Virus record (IMG/VR): IMGVR_UViG_2663763282_000004
Source: a virus
Lineage: Duplodnaviria; Heunggongvirae; Uroviricota; Caudoviricetes
Reading direction: 5' to 3' (one strand)
DNA length: 13,632 nucleotides
Shown: positions 6,519 through 13,266 of the stretch, piece after piece
Position numbering within the stretch: the stretch's first letter is position 1
How the letters are laid out: each line of letters starts with the position of its first letter
Program-made: the position numbers and the translations under genes
The notes under the pieces: model-generated
The model's database searches: none
Seen by the model: the letters and a program-made list of their open reading frames with translations, nothing else
Told to the model about the DNA's origin: nothing

Positions 6519-7955
6519 TCAGAATCCTCCTTTCTTCTTGGACTGCGGTTCCTCGCGTTCACGGCGGCGCATTTCAGCAGACTGTTGGTCTGTGTCATAA
6601 ATAGCGCCATTTGCCTGAATGCAATACACCGTGCCGGTATTGCCATGACGATTGAGACGAAGGATTAGTTCAGTTTCACCAGGTGGAACACTGTCATCAA
6701 AAGCGCCTTCACGATGGATCCCGACCCAATAATCGCAATCCTGTTCAATCTGCCCTGTATCTCGTGAGTCACTTGGTAATGGGCGTTTATTGGTTCGGCT
6801 TTCCAGTGCGCGGTTAAGCTGTGTCAGAAGCACAACAACGCAATCAAGCTCTTTGGCAAGGTTCTTCAGTCCTTTGGTGATCATACCGTAAGCAAGGTCG
6901 TTGCGATCGGCCTTCTCAGCGGTCATTAGTGTCAGGTAATCGACCAGAATCATGCCAACACATCCTTTTTCTCGCTTGATTCGACGGCTTTCGCTGACGA
7001 TTTGAGCCAGAGATAATCCCGGCGTGTCGTCGATGTAAAGCATGTCGATTTCACTCAAGCGATTTGCTGTTTCTATCGCCCTGTTGAAGTCACCATCGTA
7101 ATCACCCTGATAGCCGTCATCAGCGTCATTTGTCGCCGGAAGGTAAAAAATATTCGGGTTAACACCTGACTTCTGTCCTACCAGCTTTTCCAGTATCTGG
7201 TCGCCTGGCATTTCAAGACTGAACATCAGAGCGGGCTTTTTCTCATGCACTGCGCAGTTGATTGCCATCTGGCTGTATAGCGTCGTTTTCCCCATCTTAG
7301 GGCGAGCGCCAATGACGAACAGAGAGCCTTTCACCAGACCTTTCGGTGACAGCATCCTGTCCAGAGATGGGATCCCTGTGCTCATTCCTCGTTGTTCGCC
7401 TGACGGGTCAAATCGCTTCTCAAGGTCGCTAACCCAGTCTTCCATGACCTCACCAAATGAGCGAAGGCCGCGACGCGATCCGGTTTTTGCATGGTCTGTC
7501 AGTTGCGTGAAAATCGCCTGAATAGCTTCGTACTTCTGCGTTGCAGTCATTCCGTTGCGGGAATAGAGCAATTCCGTCGCTTCAGTCATGCGGTTTATGG
7601 CGTAGCGTTCCATTGCGGTTTCGCGAACCTGCATTGCATAGGCAACGATGTTTGCGGCGCTCGGCGTGTTCTTTGCGATCTCAGCGATATAAGCAAAACC
7701 GCCAACAGACGCCGTTAACGATTTACGCTCCAGTTCATCGAAAAGCGTCAGGCCATCTACTGGCTTTTGCTCCCGGTGCATTCTGGTTATTTCTTCGAAA
7801 AGGATTTTGTGTGGTCGGCTGTAAAATGAATCGGGCTTCAGCATCGCCAGAACTTTCTGGACGCGCTCACTGCTGTCATCATCCAGAAGCAATCCACCAA
7901 TCACCGCCTGCTCTGCCTCGATGCTATGGGGCGGCGCATAAAAATTATCGGTCAT
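6519..7955 (-). CDS. DnaB-like replicative helicase (P22 gene 12 / lambda P functional analogue)
   Basis: N-terminus PPHSIEAEQAVIGGLLLD, Walker A GARPKMGKT, SLEM and VDYLTLM motifs typical of the DnaB family; start ATG 7955 (GAGGG RBS) overlaps the O-like gene stop by 11 nt. Confidence 0.9.
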   Translation of the reverse strand: MTDNFYAPPHSIEAEQAVIGGLLLDDDSSERVQKVLAMLKPDSFYSRPHKILFEEITRMHREQKPVDGLTLFDELERKSLTASVGGFAYIAEIAKNTPSAANIVAYAMQVRETAMERYAINRMTEATELLYSRNGMTATQKYEAIQAIFTQLTDHAKTGSRRGLRSFGEVMEDWVSDLEKRFDPSGEQRGMSTGIPSLDRMLSPKGLVKGSLFVIGARPKMGKTTLYSQMAINCAVHEKKPALMFSLEMPGDQILEKLVGQKSGVNPNIFYLPATNDADDGYQGDYDGDFNRAIETANRLSEIDMLYIDDTPGLSLAQIVSESRRIKREKGCVGMILVDYLTLMTAEKADRNDLAYGMITKGLKNLAKELDCVVVLLTQLNRALESRTNKRPLPSDSRDTGQIEQDCDYWVGIHREGAFDDSVPPGETELILRLNRHGNTGTVYCIQANGAIYDTDQQSAEMRRREREEPQSKKKGGF

Positions 7956-8844
7956 CGTGTTCACCCTCACGAACTTTCAGGTAGGTATTATCGTTAAGCA
8001 GGAAATCAAATCCCTTTTTGTGCCAGACGGTTCCGCGTTGATGGTTTGGGCGCTCTTCGAACATCCATCGGCAATTTTCGCCAACGTAGCTCAAATAATT
8101 TCTCCAGTCCTGCATCGTGAACCCATGCCCGTCAAGCTGGCGGGTTATCACTCCGGCTTTGCGCCAGAACGTTCGGATCTGGTTTTTACGCTTGTCATTC
8201 AGTGCGCGGATTCTTGGAGCTTCAGGAAGGATTTCGTGGTAAGCATCGACAACATCCTGACAGCTGACGGAAGGTTTTTTCTTGTCAGACTTTTTGTCTG
8301 CTGTGGCACTCTCTAATACGTCAGTATTAGAGATAATATTATTATATTCTTTATCTGTGGTAATTTGCTGGTAATCTGCTGGTACAGCATTGCTTACAGG
8401 CATTGGTATTGCTGGCTTTGAGGTGGTAATTTGCTGGTAATCTGCTGGTACAAAATTTGACTGATAATCGTCATATTTCTCTACTGAGAAAACTGAGAAT
8501 TTACCGTGTGAAACCCAGTCAATCATGCCGAGTTTTTTGAACTTTCTAAGCAGGTACTGAACGCGATCTGGTTTGAGTCCTGTTTCAAACGCCAGAGAGT
8601 TTCTACCGCCAAGTAGCTTCCCTCTGCCTACCAGAATTTCTCCTGCGTCAGTCATTACATACTCAGGCGTATGCTTTGCTTTGAGGATTAAGTGAACCCA
8701 CAGATGCGCTGCTTCTGCATCCTTGTAAAACGGCACATCCATAATTTTACGGTGCAGCAAGGCATACCCCTTACCGCTGCTTTGATGCGGTTGTTGTAGC
8801 CTTCTGGCCTCTCTGGCTTCGGCTAGATTAGATATGTTACTCAT
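7945..8844 (-). CDS. Replication initiator, lambda O-like (contains origin iterons within its coding sequence)
   Basis: 299 aa, AAGGAG RBS; internal duplicated peptide [10 protein letters not shown] encoded by DNA iterons; position between cII-like gene and helicase. Confidence 0.8.
   Translation of the reverse strand: MSNISNLAEAREARRLQQPHQSSGKGYALLHRKIMDVPFYKDAEAAHLWVHLILKAKHTPEYVMTDAGEILVGRGKLLGGRNSLAFETGLKPDRVQYLLRKFKKLGMIDWVSHGKFSVFSVEKYDDYQSNFVPADYQQITTSKPAIPMPVSNAVPADYQQITTDKEYNNIISNTDVLESATADKKSDKKKPSVSCQDVVDAYHEILPEAPRIRALNDKRKNQIRTFWRKAGVITRQLDGHGFTMQDWRNYLSYVGENCRWMFEERPNHQRGTVWHKKGFDFLLNDNTYLKVREGEHDDR
8303..8452. repeat. Putative replication origin: iterons (8356-8452) plus adjacent AT-rich tract (8303-8355) inside the O-like gene
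   Basis: tgGTAATTTGCTGGTAATCTGCTGGTACA occurs twice (8356-8386 and 8422-8452), each made of two GGTAATyTGCTG units, giving four iterons; followed in gene direction by an AT-rich stretch, as in lambda ori. Confidence 0.65.
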
Positions 8845-8983
8845 GACCTTTCTCCTTCTGCATCAGCTTCACTTTTTCCAACTCAGCCCGGAATCGACCA
8901 GGCTGCTTGAAGCTGGACAGGAAGCGATCACGTAGTATGTGTTTGTGAATTTTGTCCTGGTAAGGACTGAGTTGTTTTGTCAT
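8837..8983 (-). CDS. Small basic ORF (48 aa) translationally coupled to the O-like gene; not in ORF track
   Basis: GGAG RBS 6 nt upstream of ATG 8983; [48 protein letters not shown]; stop overlaps the O-like start by 8 nt. Confidence 0.35.
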   Translation of the reverse strand: MTKQLSPYQDKIHKHILRDRFLSSFKQPGRFRAELEKVKLMQKEKGHE

Positions 8984-9015
8984 AATTACTCCTGTGGATT
9001 GATCCAGTAATTCCC

Positions 9016-9312
9016 TCAGAATTGCATATCAATTTGCTTAAAATCCTCGGTGGCGGCCGGGGATTTTTTCTTTGTGATTTCATCAAGCGCATACTTAAAA
9101 GCCCTGCTAATCGGACTGATGTCTGATGCCATTCCGAAAGCACACAAGACCGAAGCAATAAATCTCCAGTCCGTTCTGCTTATCTTCGATTCATGACAGC
9201 CAATCATCTTTGCCAGACCGCGCTGGGTAAGCGTTGACAGGTTGATGAGTAAATCAGTTTCAGCGCGATCAATTTCTCGCTGTGTTGGCTTGCTGTAGCT
9301 TGCTTGTGCCAT
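9016..9312 (-). CDS. cII: cII-like transcriptional activator (P22 c1 / lambda cII family)
   Basis: 98 aa; C-terminus [18 protein letters not shown] parallels lambda cII; HTH-like segment [15 protein letters not shown]; AGGAAAA RBS. Confidence 0.8.
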   Translation of the reverse strand: MAQASYSKPTQREIDRAETDLLINLSTLTQRGLAKMIGCHESKISRTDWRFIASVLCAFGMASDISPISRAFKYALDEITKKKSPAATEDFKQIDMQF

Positions 9313-9380
9313 TTGTTAATTTTCCTATATTGATATTGAGTTATAGCGGCACACCCAATGGATTTGCCGCTGATGTTTGC

Positions 9381-9421
9381 TCACCCGGTTAGAGGTGAAA
9401 GGCCAGAACTGTTAAAGAGCA
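9381..9421 (-). promoter_or_regulatory. nutR-like site (boxA + boxB) between cro and cII
   Basis: Minus strand TGCTCTTTAACAG (boxA-like, 9409-9421) followed by hairpin tcacc-tctaaccg-ggtga (9381-9398) whose loop shares CTAACC with the nutL boxB loop. Confidence 0.5.
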
Positions 9422-9427
9422 ATTTGC

Positions 9428-9613
9428 TTATGCCGCTTGGCGGTAAGCACTTTCTTGATACTTCAGGGCGCCAGCTGTAACGATTTCCAATCGATAGGCG
9501 TCTTTCTCTGGGATAACTTCTTTCCACTGAGAGACTGCTGCATCGCTAATGCCTAGTGCTTTAGCAACAGCACGCTGGGTTCCGAAGTGGTCAATAACAT
9601 CTTTTTTGTACAT
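9428..9613 (-). CDS. cro: Cro repressor (P22-type)
   Basis: 61 aa MYKKDVIDHFGTQRAVAKALGISDAAVSQWKEVIPEKDAYRLEIV... recognised as P22-like Cro; GGAG RBS; divergent from c2. Confidence 0.85.
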   Translation of the reverse strand: MYKKDVIDHFGTQRAVAKALGISDAAVSQWKEVIPEKDAYRLEIVTAGALKYQESAYRQAA

Positions 9614-9693
9614 AGACTCGCTCCGAAATTAAAGAACACTTAAATTATCCACCAAAGGAATCTTAAGTCAAGTTTATTTAAGATGTCTTAACT
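9614..9693. promoter_or_regulatory. OR operator cluster with divergent pR (for cro) and pRM (for c2)
   Basis: 18-bp pseudo-palindromes of P22 operator type: AATTAAAGAACACTTAAAT (9627-9644) and ATTTAAGATGTCTTAACT (9676-9693), with a degenerate middle site; pR on minus strand -35 TTGACT (9671-9666), 17-bp spacer, -10 GATAAT (9648-9643); c2 ATG abuts the last operator (short leader). Confidence 0.65.
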
Positions 9694-10344
9694 ATGAATA
9701 CACAACTGATGGGTGAGCGTATTCGCGCTCGCAGAAAAGAACTCAAGATTAGGCAGGCTGCCCTTGGCAAGATGGTTGGCGTGTCTAATGTTGCTATTTC
9801 CCAATGGGAGCGATCTGAAACTGAGCCCAATGGCGAAAACCTATTGGCCTTAGCCAAGGCTTTGCAGTGCTCCCCTGATTACCTGTTGAAAGGAGAGGAT
9901 AGTCTTTCAAACATTGCCTATCACAGCAGGCATGATCCAAGAGGTTCGTATCCTCTAATTAGTTGGGTAAGCGCAGGATGTTGGATGGAAGCTGTAGAGC
10001 CATATCATAGGCGTGCAATAGATAACTGGTACGACACAACGGTAGATTGTTCTGAAGACTCTTTTTGGCTCGACGTTAAAGGCGATTCAATGACTGCCCC
10101 GGCAGGACTGAGTATTCCTGAGGGGATGATTATTCTCGTCGACCCAGAAGTCGAACCACGTAATGGAAAGTTGGTAGTCGCCAAACTTGAAGGAGAAAAC
10201 GAGGCGACATTCAAAAAGTTAGTTATTGATGCCGGTAGAAAATTCCTGAAACCACTCAATCCACAATACCCAATGATTGAAATCAATGGGAACTGTAAAA
10301 TCATTGGCGTTGTCGTTGATGCCAAGCTAGCAAACCTTCCTTAA
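9694..10344 (+). CDS. c2: Prophage repressor c2 (P22 c2 / lambda cI family; N-terminal HTH, C-terminal LexA-like S24 autopeptidase)
   Basis: 216 aa MNTQLMGERIRARRKELKIRQAALGKMVGVSNVAISQWERSETEPNG... with C-terminal G-D-S-M and K motifs (VKGDSMTAPAG...VVAKL) of the S24 fold. Confidence 0.95.
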   Translation: MNTQLMGERIRARRKELKIRQAALGKMVGVSNVAISQWERSETEPNGENLLALAKALQCSPDYLLKGEDSLSNIAYHSRHDPRGSYPLISWVSAGCWMEAVEPYHRRAIDNWYDTTVDCSEDSFWLDVKGDSMTAPAGLSIPEGMIILVDPEVEPRNGKLVVAKLEGENEATFKKLVIDAGRKFLKPLNPQYPMIEINGNCKIIGVVVDAKLANLP

Positions 10345-10366
10345 GGGGCTTTCGCCCCTTTTTTAT
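10343..10366 (+). terminator. Rho-independent terminator immediately after c2
   Basis: aggggc-tttc-gcccct followed by TTTTTTATTT. Confidence 0.7.
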
Positions 10367-10404
10367 TTCCCGTTAAAAATCAAAGACAAACTAAATTCAC
10401 GCCC

Positions 10405-10470
10405 ATAAAATTAAGTTTTCTTCAAAAATACACTTGACCAATAAATTAAGAAGTCTTAAATTTAAGCCAT
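10405..10470 (+). promoter_or_regulatory. OL operators and pL promoter
   Basis: -35 TTGACC (10434-10439), 17-bp spacer, -10 TAAATT (10457-10462); overlapping 18-bp operator AATTAAGAAGTCTTAAAT (10445-10462), with further half-site-like TTAAG repeats upstream. Confidence 0.55.
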
Positions 10471-10507
10471 CAGCAGGACGCTGGAAGCCAAACGGAACAG
10501 ATTGGCA

Positions 10508-10548
10508 GGCTCTTTAACATCGACGGACTCTCAACCTAACCGTTGAGA
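10508..10548 (+). promoter_or_regulatory. nutL (boxA GGCTCTTTAACA + boxB hairpin tctcaac-ctaacc-gttgaga)
   Basis: boxA-like element at 10508-10519; 7-bp stem/6-nt loop hairpin at 10529-10548, upstream of N in the pL leader. Confidence 0.6.
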
Positions 10549-10658
10549 CCAGAACTTGAGTGGTTTTGGGGATGGCGCGAATTGCAGCTGCAAGACAGCG
10601 ATCGAGAAGATAAGCACCTCGACGCGTCATGCGCCAAAGCCACTTAAAGGAGACCATC

Positions 10659-10964
10659 ATGGTAACCATTGTCTGGAAAGAATCCAAAGGTACGGCAAAA
10701 AGCCGCTACAAAGCTCGCAGAGCAGAACTTATTGCCGAGCGACGCAGTAATGAAGCACTGGCGCGAAAAATTGCGCTAAAGCTCTCTGGTTGCGTCAGAG
10801 CAGACAAAGCAGCATCGCTAGGATGCCTTTGCTGCAAGAAGAAAGAAGAAGTCGTTCGAAAAAATAGAAGTATTTATTACAAAGATTCAAACCCATTAGG
10901 AAACAAAATACATGCAGTCCAAAAAATAAAATTGTACAGTAAACTACCGTACGGTGCTTATTGA
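10659..10964 (+). CDS. N: Antiterminator N, phage-21-type arginine-rich motif; 3' end mosaic
   Basis: AAGGAG RBS 6 nt upstream of ATG; N-terminal GTAKSRYKARRAELIAERR matches the phage 21 N ARM peptide as I recall it; the last ~40 codons are AT-rich and differ from the relic 3' end found at 11335-11430. Confidence 0.8.
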   Translation: MVTIVWKESKGTAKSRYKARRAELIAERRSNEALARKIALKLSGCVRADKAASLGCLCCKKKEEVVRKNRSIYYKDSNPLGNKIHAVQKIKLYSKLPYGAY

Positions 10965-10966
10965 GT

Positions 10967-11305
10967 ATGCTTATGGTGAAAAAGACTATTTATGTTAATC
11001 CTGACCGCGGACAAAACAGAAAAGTATCTGATAGAGGTCTTACATCTCGAGACAGGAGGAGAATAGCGAGATGGGAAAAAAGGATAGCATATGCATTAAA
11101 AAACGGTGTAACACCTGGATTTAATGCTATAGATGATGGCCCTGAATATAAGATTAATGAAGACCCAATGGACAAAGTTGACAAAGCATTAGCAACACCA
11201 TTTCCTCGCGATGTCGAAAAAATTGAAGATGAAAAATATGAGGATGTAATGCACAGAGTTGTTAATCACGCTCACCAACGAAATCCAAATAAAAAATGGT
11301 CATAG
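10967..11305 (+). CDS. Moron-encoded hypothetical protein (~112 aa, highly charged), unknown function
   Basis: AT-rich ORF starting 3 nt after the N stop (alternative starts at 10961 TTG or 10973 ATG; weak RBS); ends at a strong intrinsic terminator; no recognisable family. Confidence 0.55.
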   Translation: MLMVKKTIYVNPDRGQNRKVSDRGLTSRDRRRIARWEKRIAYALKNGVTPGFNAIDDGPEYKINEDPMDKVDKALATPFPRDVEKIEDEKYEDVMHRVVNHAHQRNPNKKWS

Positions 11306-11326
11306 CCCACTTCGGTGGGTTTTTTA
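11304..11326 (+). terminator. Rho-independent terminator after the moron ORF
   Basis: cccac-ttcg-gtggg (UUCG tetraloop) followed by TTTTTTATT. Confidence 0.7.
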
Positions 11327-11334
11327 TTGTCTGA

Positions 11335-11430
11335 ACAAACCTAATTTACTACCGCAAGCCACGCAGTGAAATGGGTGTGACTTGTGTTGGTCGCCAGAAA
11401 ATGAAATTAGGCAGCAAACCACTTATTTGA
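11335..11430 (+). pseudogene. Relic 3' end of an N gene (no start codon), left behind by module exchange
   Basis: In-frame translation TNLIYYRKPRSEMGVTCVGRQKMKLGSKPLI* parallels the C-terminus of the intact N (SIYYKDSNPLGNKIHAVQKIKLYSKLPYGAY*); an in-frame TGA lies immediately upstream. Confidence 0.55.
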
Positions 11431-11438
11431 GGTGATAT

Positions 11439-11525
11439 ATGGAAGAAGAATTTGAAGAGTTCGAAGAGCATCCTCAGGATGTGATGGAACAATACCAGGA
11501 CTATCCGTATGACTACGACTATTGA
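11439..11525 (+). CDS. Small highly acidic peptide ORF (28 aa); not in ORF track
   Basis: GAGGTGA RBS 4-5 nt upstream of ATG; MEEEFEEFEEHPQDVMEQYQDYPYDYDY. Confidence 0.4.
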   Translation: MEEEFEEFEEHPQDVMEQYQDYPYDYDY

Positions 11526-11596
11526 TAAAAATCAATGGTGTGGACAATACGAACGACGGCAATGATTTCCAGAGAACTTGGTAAACAGAACAACAA

Positions 11597-11623
11597 GGCT
11601 GCCTAATGGCAGCTTTTATTTTT
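11597..11623 (+). terminator. Rho-independent terminator
   Basis: gctgcc-taat-ggcagc followed by TTTTATTTTT. Confidence 0.6.
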
Positions 11624-11652
11624 GCCATAAAAAACAGAATAAACACTGCTCT

Positions 11653-11680
11653 GTGTATTCATTCCAACGAGTGAATACAC
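11653..11680 (+). other. 9-bp perfect inverted repeat hairpin (gtgtattca / tgaatacac, 10-nt loop) between two terminators
   Basis: Seen directly; no ORF in the 263-bp interval 11526-11788. Confidence 0.4.
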
Positions 11681-11742
11681 GGAGCAATGTCGCTCGTAAC
11701 TAAACAGGAGCCGACTTGTTCTGATTATTGGAAATCTTCTTT

Positions 11743-11768
11743 GCCCTCCAGTGTGAGGGCGATTTTTT
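11743..11768 (+). terminator. Rho-independent terminator
   Basis: gccctc-cagtgt-gagggc followed by gATTTTTTAT. Confidence 0.65.
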
Positions 11769-11788
11769 ATCTATGAGGATATGAATAG

Positions 11789-12157
11789 ATGTCAAACATC
11801 AAAAAATACATCATTGATTACGACTGGAAAGCATCAATAGAAATTGAAATCGACCATGACGTAATGACAGAGGAAAAACTTCACCAGATTAATAATTTCT
11901 GGTCAGACTCTGAACACCGACTCAATAAACACGGCTCTGTATTAAATGCTGTATTAATCATGCTGGCGCAACATGCTCTGCTTATAGCAATTTCAAGCGA
12001 CTTAAATGCATATGGTGTTGTGTGTGAGTTCGACTGGAATGATGGAAATGGTCAGGAAGGATGGCCTCCAATGGATGGTAGCGAAGGAATAAGAATTACC
12101 GATATCGATACATCAGGAATATTTGATTCAGATGATATGACTATCAAAGCCGTCTGA
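11789..12157 (+). CDS. Hypothetical pL-operon protein (122 aa), acidic; family not confidently recognised
   Basis: GAGGA RBS 9 nt upstream of ATG; clean ORF; located between N-proximal terminators and the cIII-like gene. Confidence 0.7.
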   Translation: MSNIKKYIIDYDWKASIEIEIDHDVMTEEKLHQINNFWSDSEHRLNKHGSVLNAVLIMLAQHALLIAISSDLNAYGVVCEFDWNDGNGQEGWPPMDGSEGIRITDIDTSGIFDSDDMTIKAV

Positions 12158-12180
12158 GCGCTGCGTTACCGCATACCAAT

Positions 12181-12207
12181 AACGCTTCACTCGAGGCGTT
12201 TTTCGTT
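12181..12207 (+). terminator. Possible weak intrinsic terminator
   Basis: aacgc-(10-nt loop)-gcgtt followed by TTTCGTT; weaker than the others. Confidence 0.3.
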
Positions 12208-12233
12208 ATGCAATAAAACAGAAGGAGCATCCT

Positions 12234-12404
12234 ATGCAACAGTTCGCTATTGCAGGGGCGGCATCGGTTCGCCCTTTCAACCCGATTTTATCGGTACAGC
12301 ATTCACGAAAAAACATTTTAACCGGAGCAGACTTTAAACAACCAAGAATGAAAAGTTTGCTCGAAAAGCTTTGGGATATTTTGAAACAACAAGGCCGTCC
12401 ATGA
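12234..12404 (+). CDS. cIII: cIII-like protein (FtsH inhibitor family), 56 aa; not in ORF track
   Basis: AGGAG RBS; MQQFAIAGAASV...SLLEKLWDILKQQGRP parallels lambda cIII (MQYAIAGW...LLERITRKLRDGWKRLIDILNQPG). Confidence 0.65.
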   Translation: MQQFAIAGAASVRPFNPILSVQHSRKNILTGADFKQPRMKSLLEKLWDILKQQGRP

Positions 12405-12559
12405 GTTTTACAGATAACTGGTCAGACGAAGAATTCATTCGTCATATGAAAGAATTAATCGGTAACGAAGGAGATATTCATGTCACTTGCAACCACAGTG
12501 AAGGAGAGCAGGTTACAGAGACGCATGTACACGCAGAAAGCTCTCTGGTATCGCCATAA
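12401..12559 (+). CDS. Small ORF translationally coupled to cIII (ATGA overlap), unknown function
   Basis: ATG at 12401 overlaps the cIII stop; MSFTDNWSDEEFIRHMKELIGNEGDIHVTCNHSEGEQ...; the track version (12371) starts earlier at a non-ATG codon. Confidence 0.4.
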   Translation: MSFTDNWSDEEFIRHMKELIGNEGDIHVTCNHSEGEQVTETHVHAESSLVSP

Positions 12560-12660
12560 TGGCGACCGCGAAGGAATGCGGGTATGCCTTAATTTGTCCC
12601 GAGTCGAAGTATTAAATCAGCGTTATTTTCTTGGGCCGTGTCCATTCTGAGATCAAACAT

Positions 12661-13266
12661 ATGAGCAAAGAATTTTATGCAAGGCTGGCAGCCATTCAGG
12701 AGAATCTGAACGCGCCAAAGAATCAGTACAACTCATTCGGTAAATATAAATACAGAAGCTGCGAAGACATTCTTGAAGGCGTTAAGCCGTTACTGAATGG
12801 CCTGTTTTTATCAATCAGCGATGAAGTTGTGTTGATTGGTGATCGGTATTACGTGAAAGCAACGGCAACTATTACTGATGGCGAAAACAGTCATACAGCA
12901 ACCGCTCTTGCACGAGAGGAAGAAAGCAAGAAAGGAATGGATTCTGCACAAGTTACGGGAGCTACAAGCTCTTATGCACGCAAGTATTGCCTCAATGGTT
13001 TGTTCGGCATTGATGATGCGAAAGATGCAGATACCGACGAGCATAAACATCAGCAGAACGCAGCAGCAAAGCAATCAAAACCATCACCTACACCTGAACA
13101 GGTTCTAAAAGCATTCACTGACGCAGCATTGCAGAAAAACACCGTGGAAGAGCTTAAACAGGCGTTCGCCAAAGCGTGGAAGATGCTCGAAGGCACACCG
13201 GAGCAGCACAAAGCGCAGGACGTTTACAACATCAGACGAGACGAATTAGAAGGAGCGGCTGCTTAA
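12661..13266 (+). CDS. erf: Erf-family single-strand annealing recombinase (P22 Erf-like)
   Basis: MSKEFYARLAAIQENLNAPKNQYNSFGKYKYRSCEDILEGVKPLL... closely resembles P22 Erf; ATG at 12661 chosen over the upstream TTG of the track ORF. Confidence 0.85.
   Translation: MSKEFYARLAAIQENLNAPKNQYNSFGKYKYRSCEDILEGVKPLLNGLFLSISDEVVLIGDRYYVKATATITDGENSHTATALAREEESKKGMDSAQVTGATSSYARKYCLNGLFGIDDAKDADTDEHKHQQNAAAKQSKPSPTPEQVLKAFTDAALQKNTVEELKQAFAKAWKMLEGTPEQHKAQDVYNIRRDELEGAAA

Noticed and set aside
6353-6646. ORFs 6353..6604 (+) and 6422..6646 (-)
   Set aside because: Span the terminator-containing intergenic region and overlap the helicase 3' end; no RBS.
7258-8316. Plus-strand ORFs 7258..7521, 7491..7718, 7541..7984, 7957..8316
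   Set aside because: All antisense to the helicase and initiator genes, which carry clear family motifs.
8356-8452. CRISPR array or tandem repeat element
   Set aside because: Repeats are short, only two full units, lie inside a coding sequence and match origin-iteron architecture; no repeat-spacer organisation anywhere in the window.
8928-9158. 76-aa minus-strand ORF
   Set aside because: Overlaps the cII-like gene in another frame; the supported small gene in this interval is the 48-aa ORF 8837..8983.
10005-10325. Minus-strand ORF antisense to c2
   Set aside because: c2 repressor is unambiguous; antisense frame is incidental.
10556-10750. ORF 10556..10750 and the extended N start at 10629
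   Set aside because: The ATG at 10659 has an ideal AAGGAG RBS and begins the recognised N sequence; upstream starts lack an RBS and would run through nutL.
10990-11184. Minus-strand ORF inside the moron
   Set aside because: Antisense to the moron ORF and against the direction of pL transcription.
11407-11646. 79-aa minus-strand ORF
   Set aside because: Runs antisense across the acidic peptide ORF and a terminator; no RBS.
12811-13108. ORFs 12811..13074 (-) and 12878..13108 (+) within erf
   Set aside because: Alternative frames inside the confidently identified erf gene.
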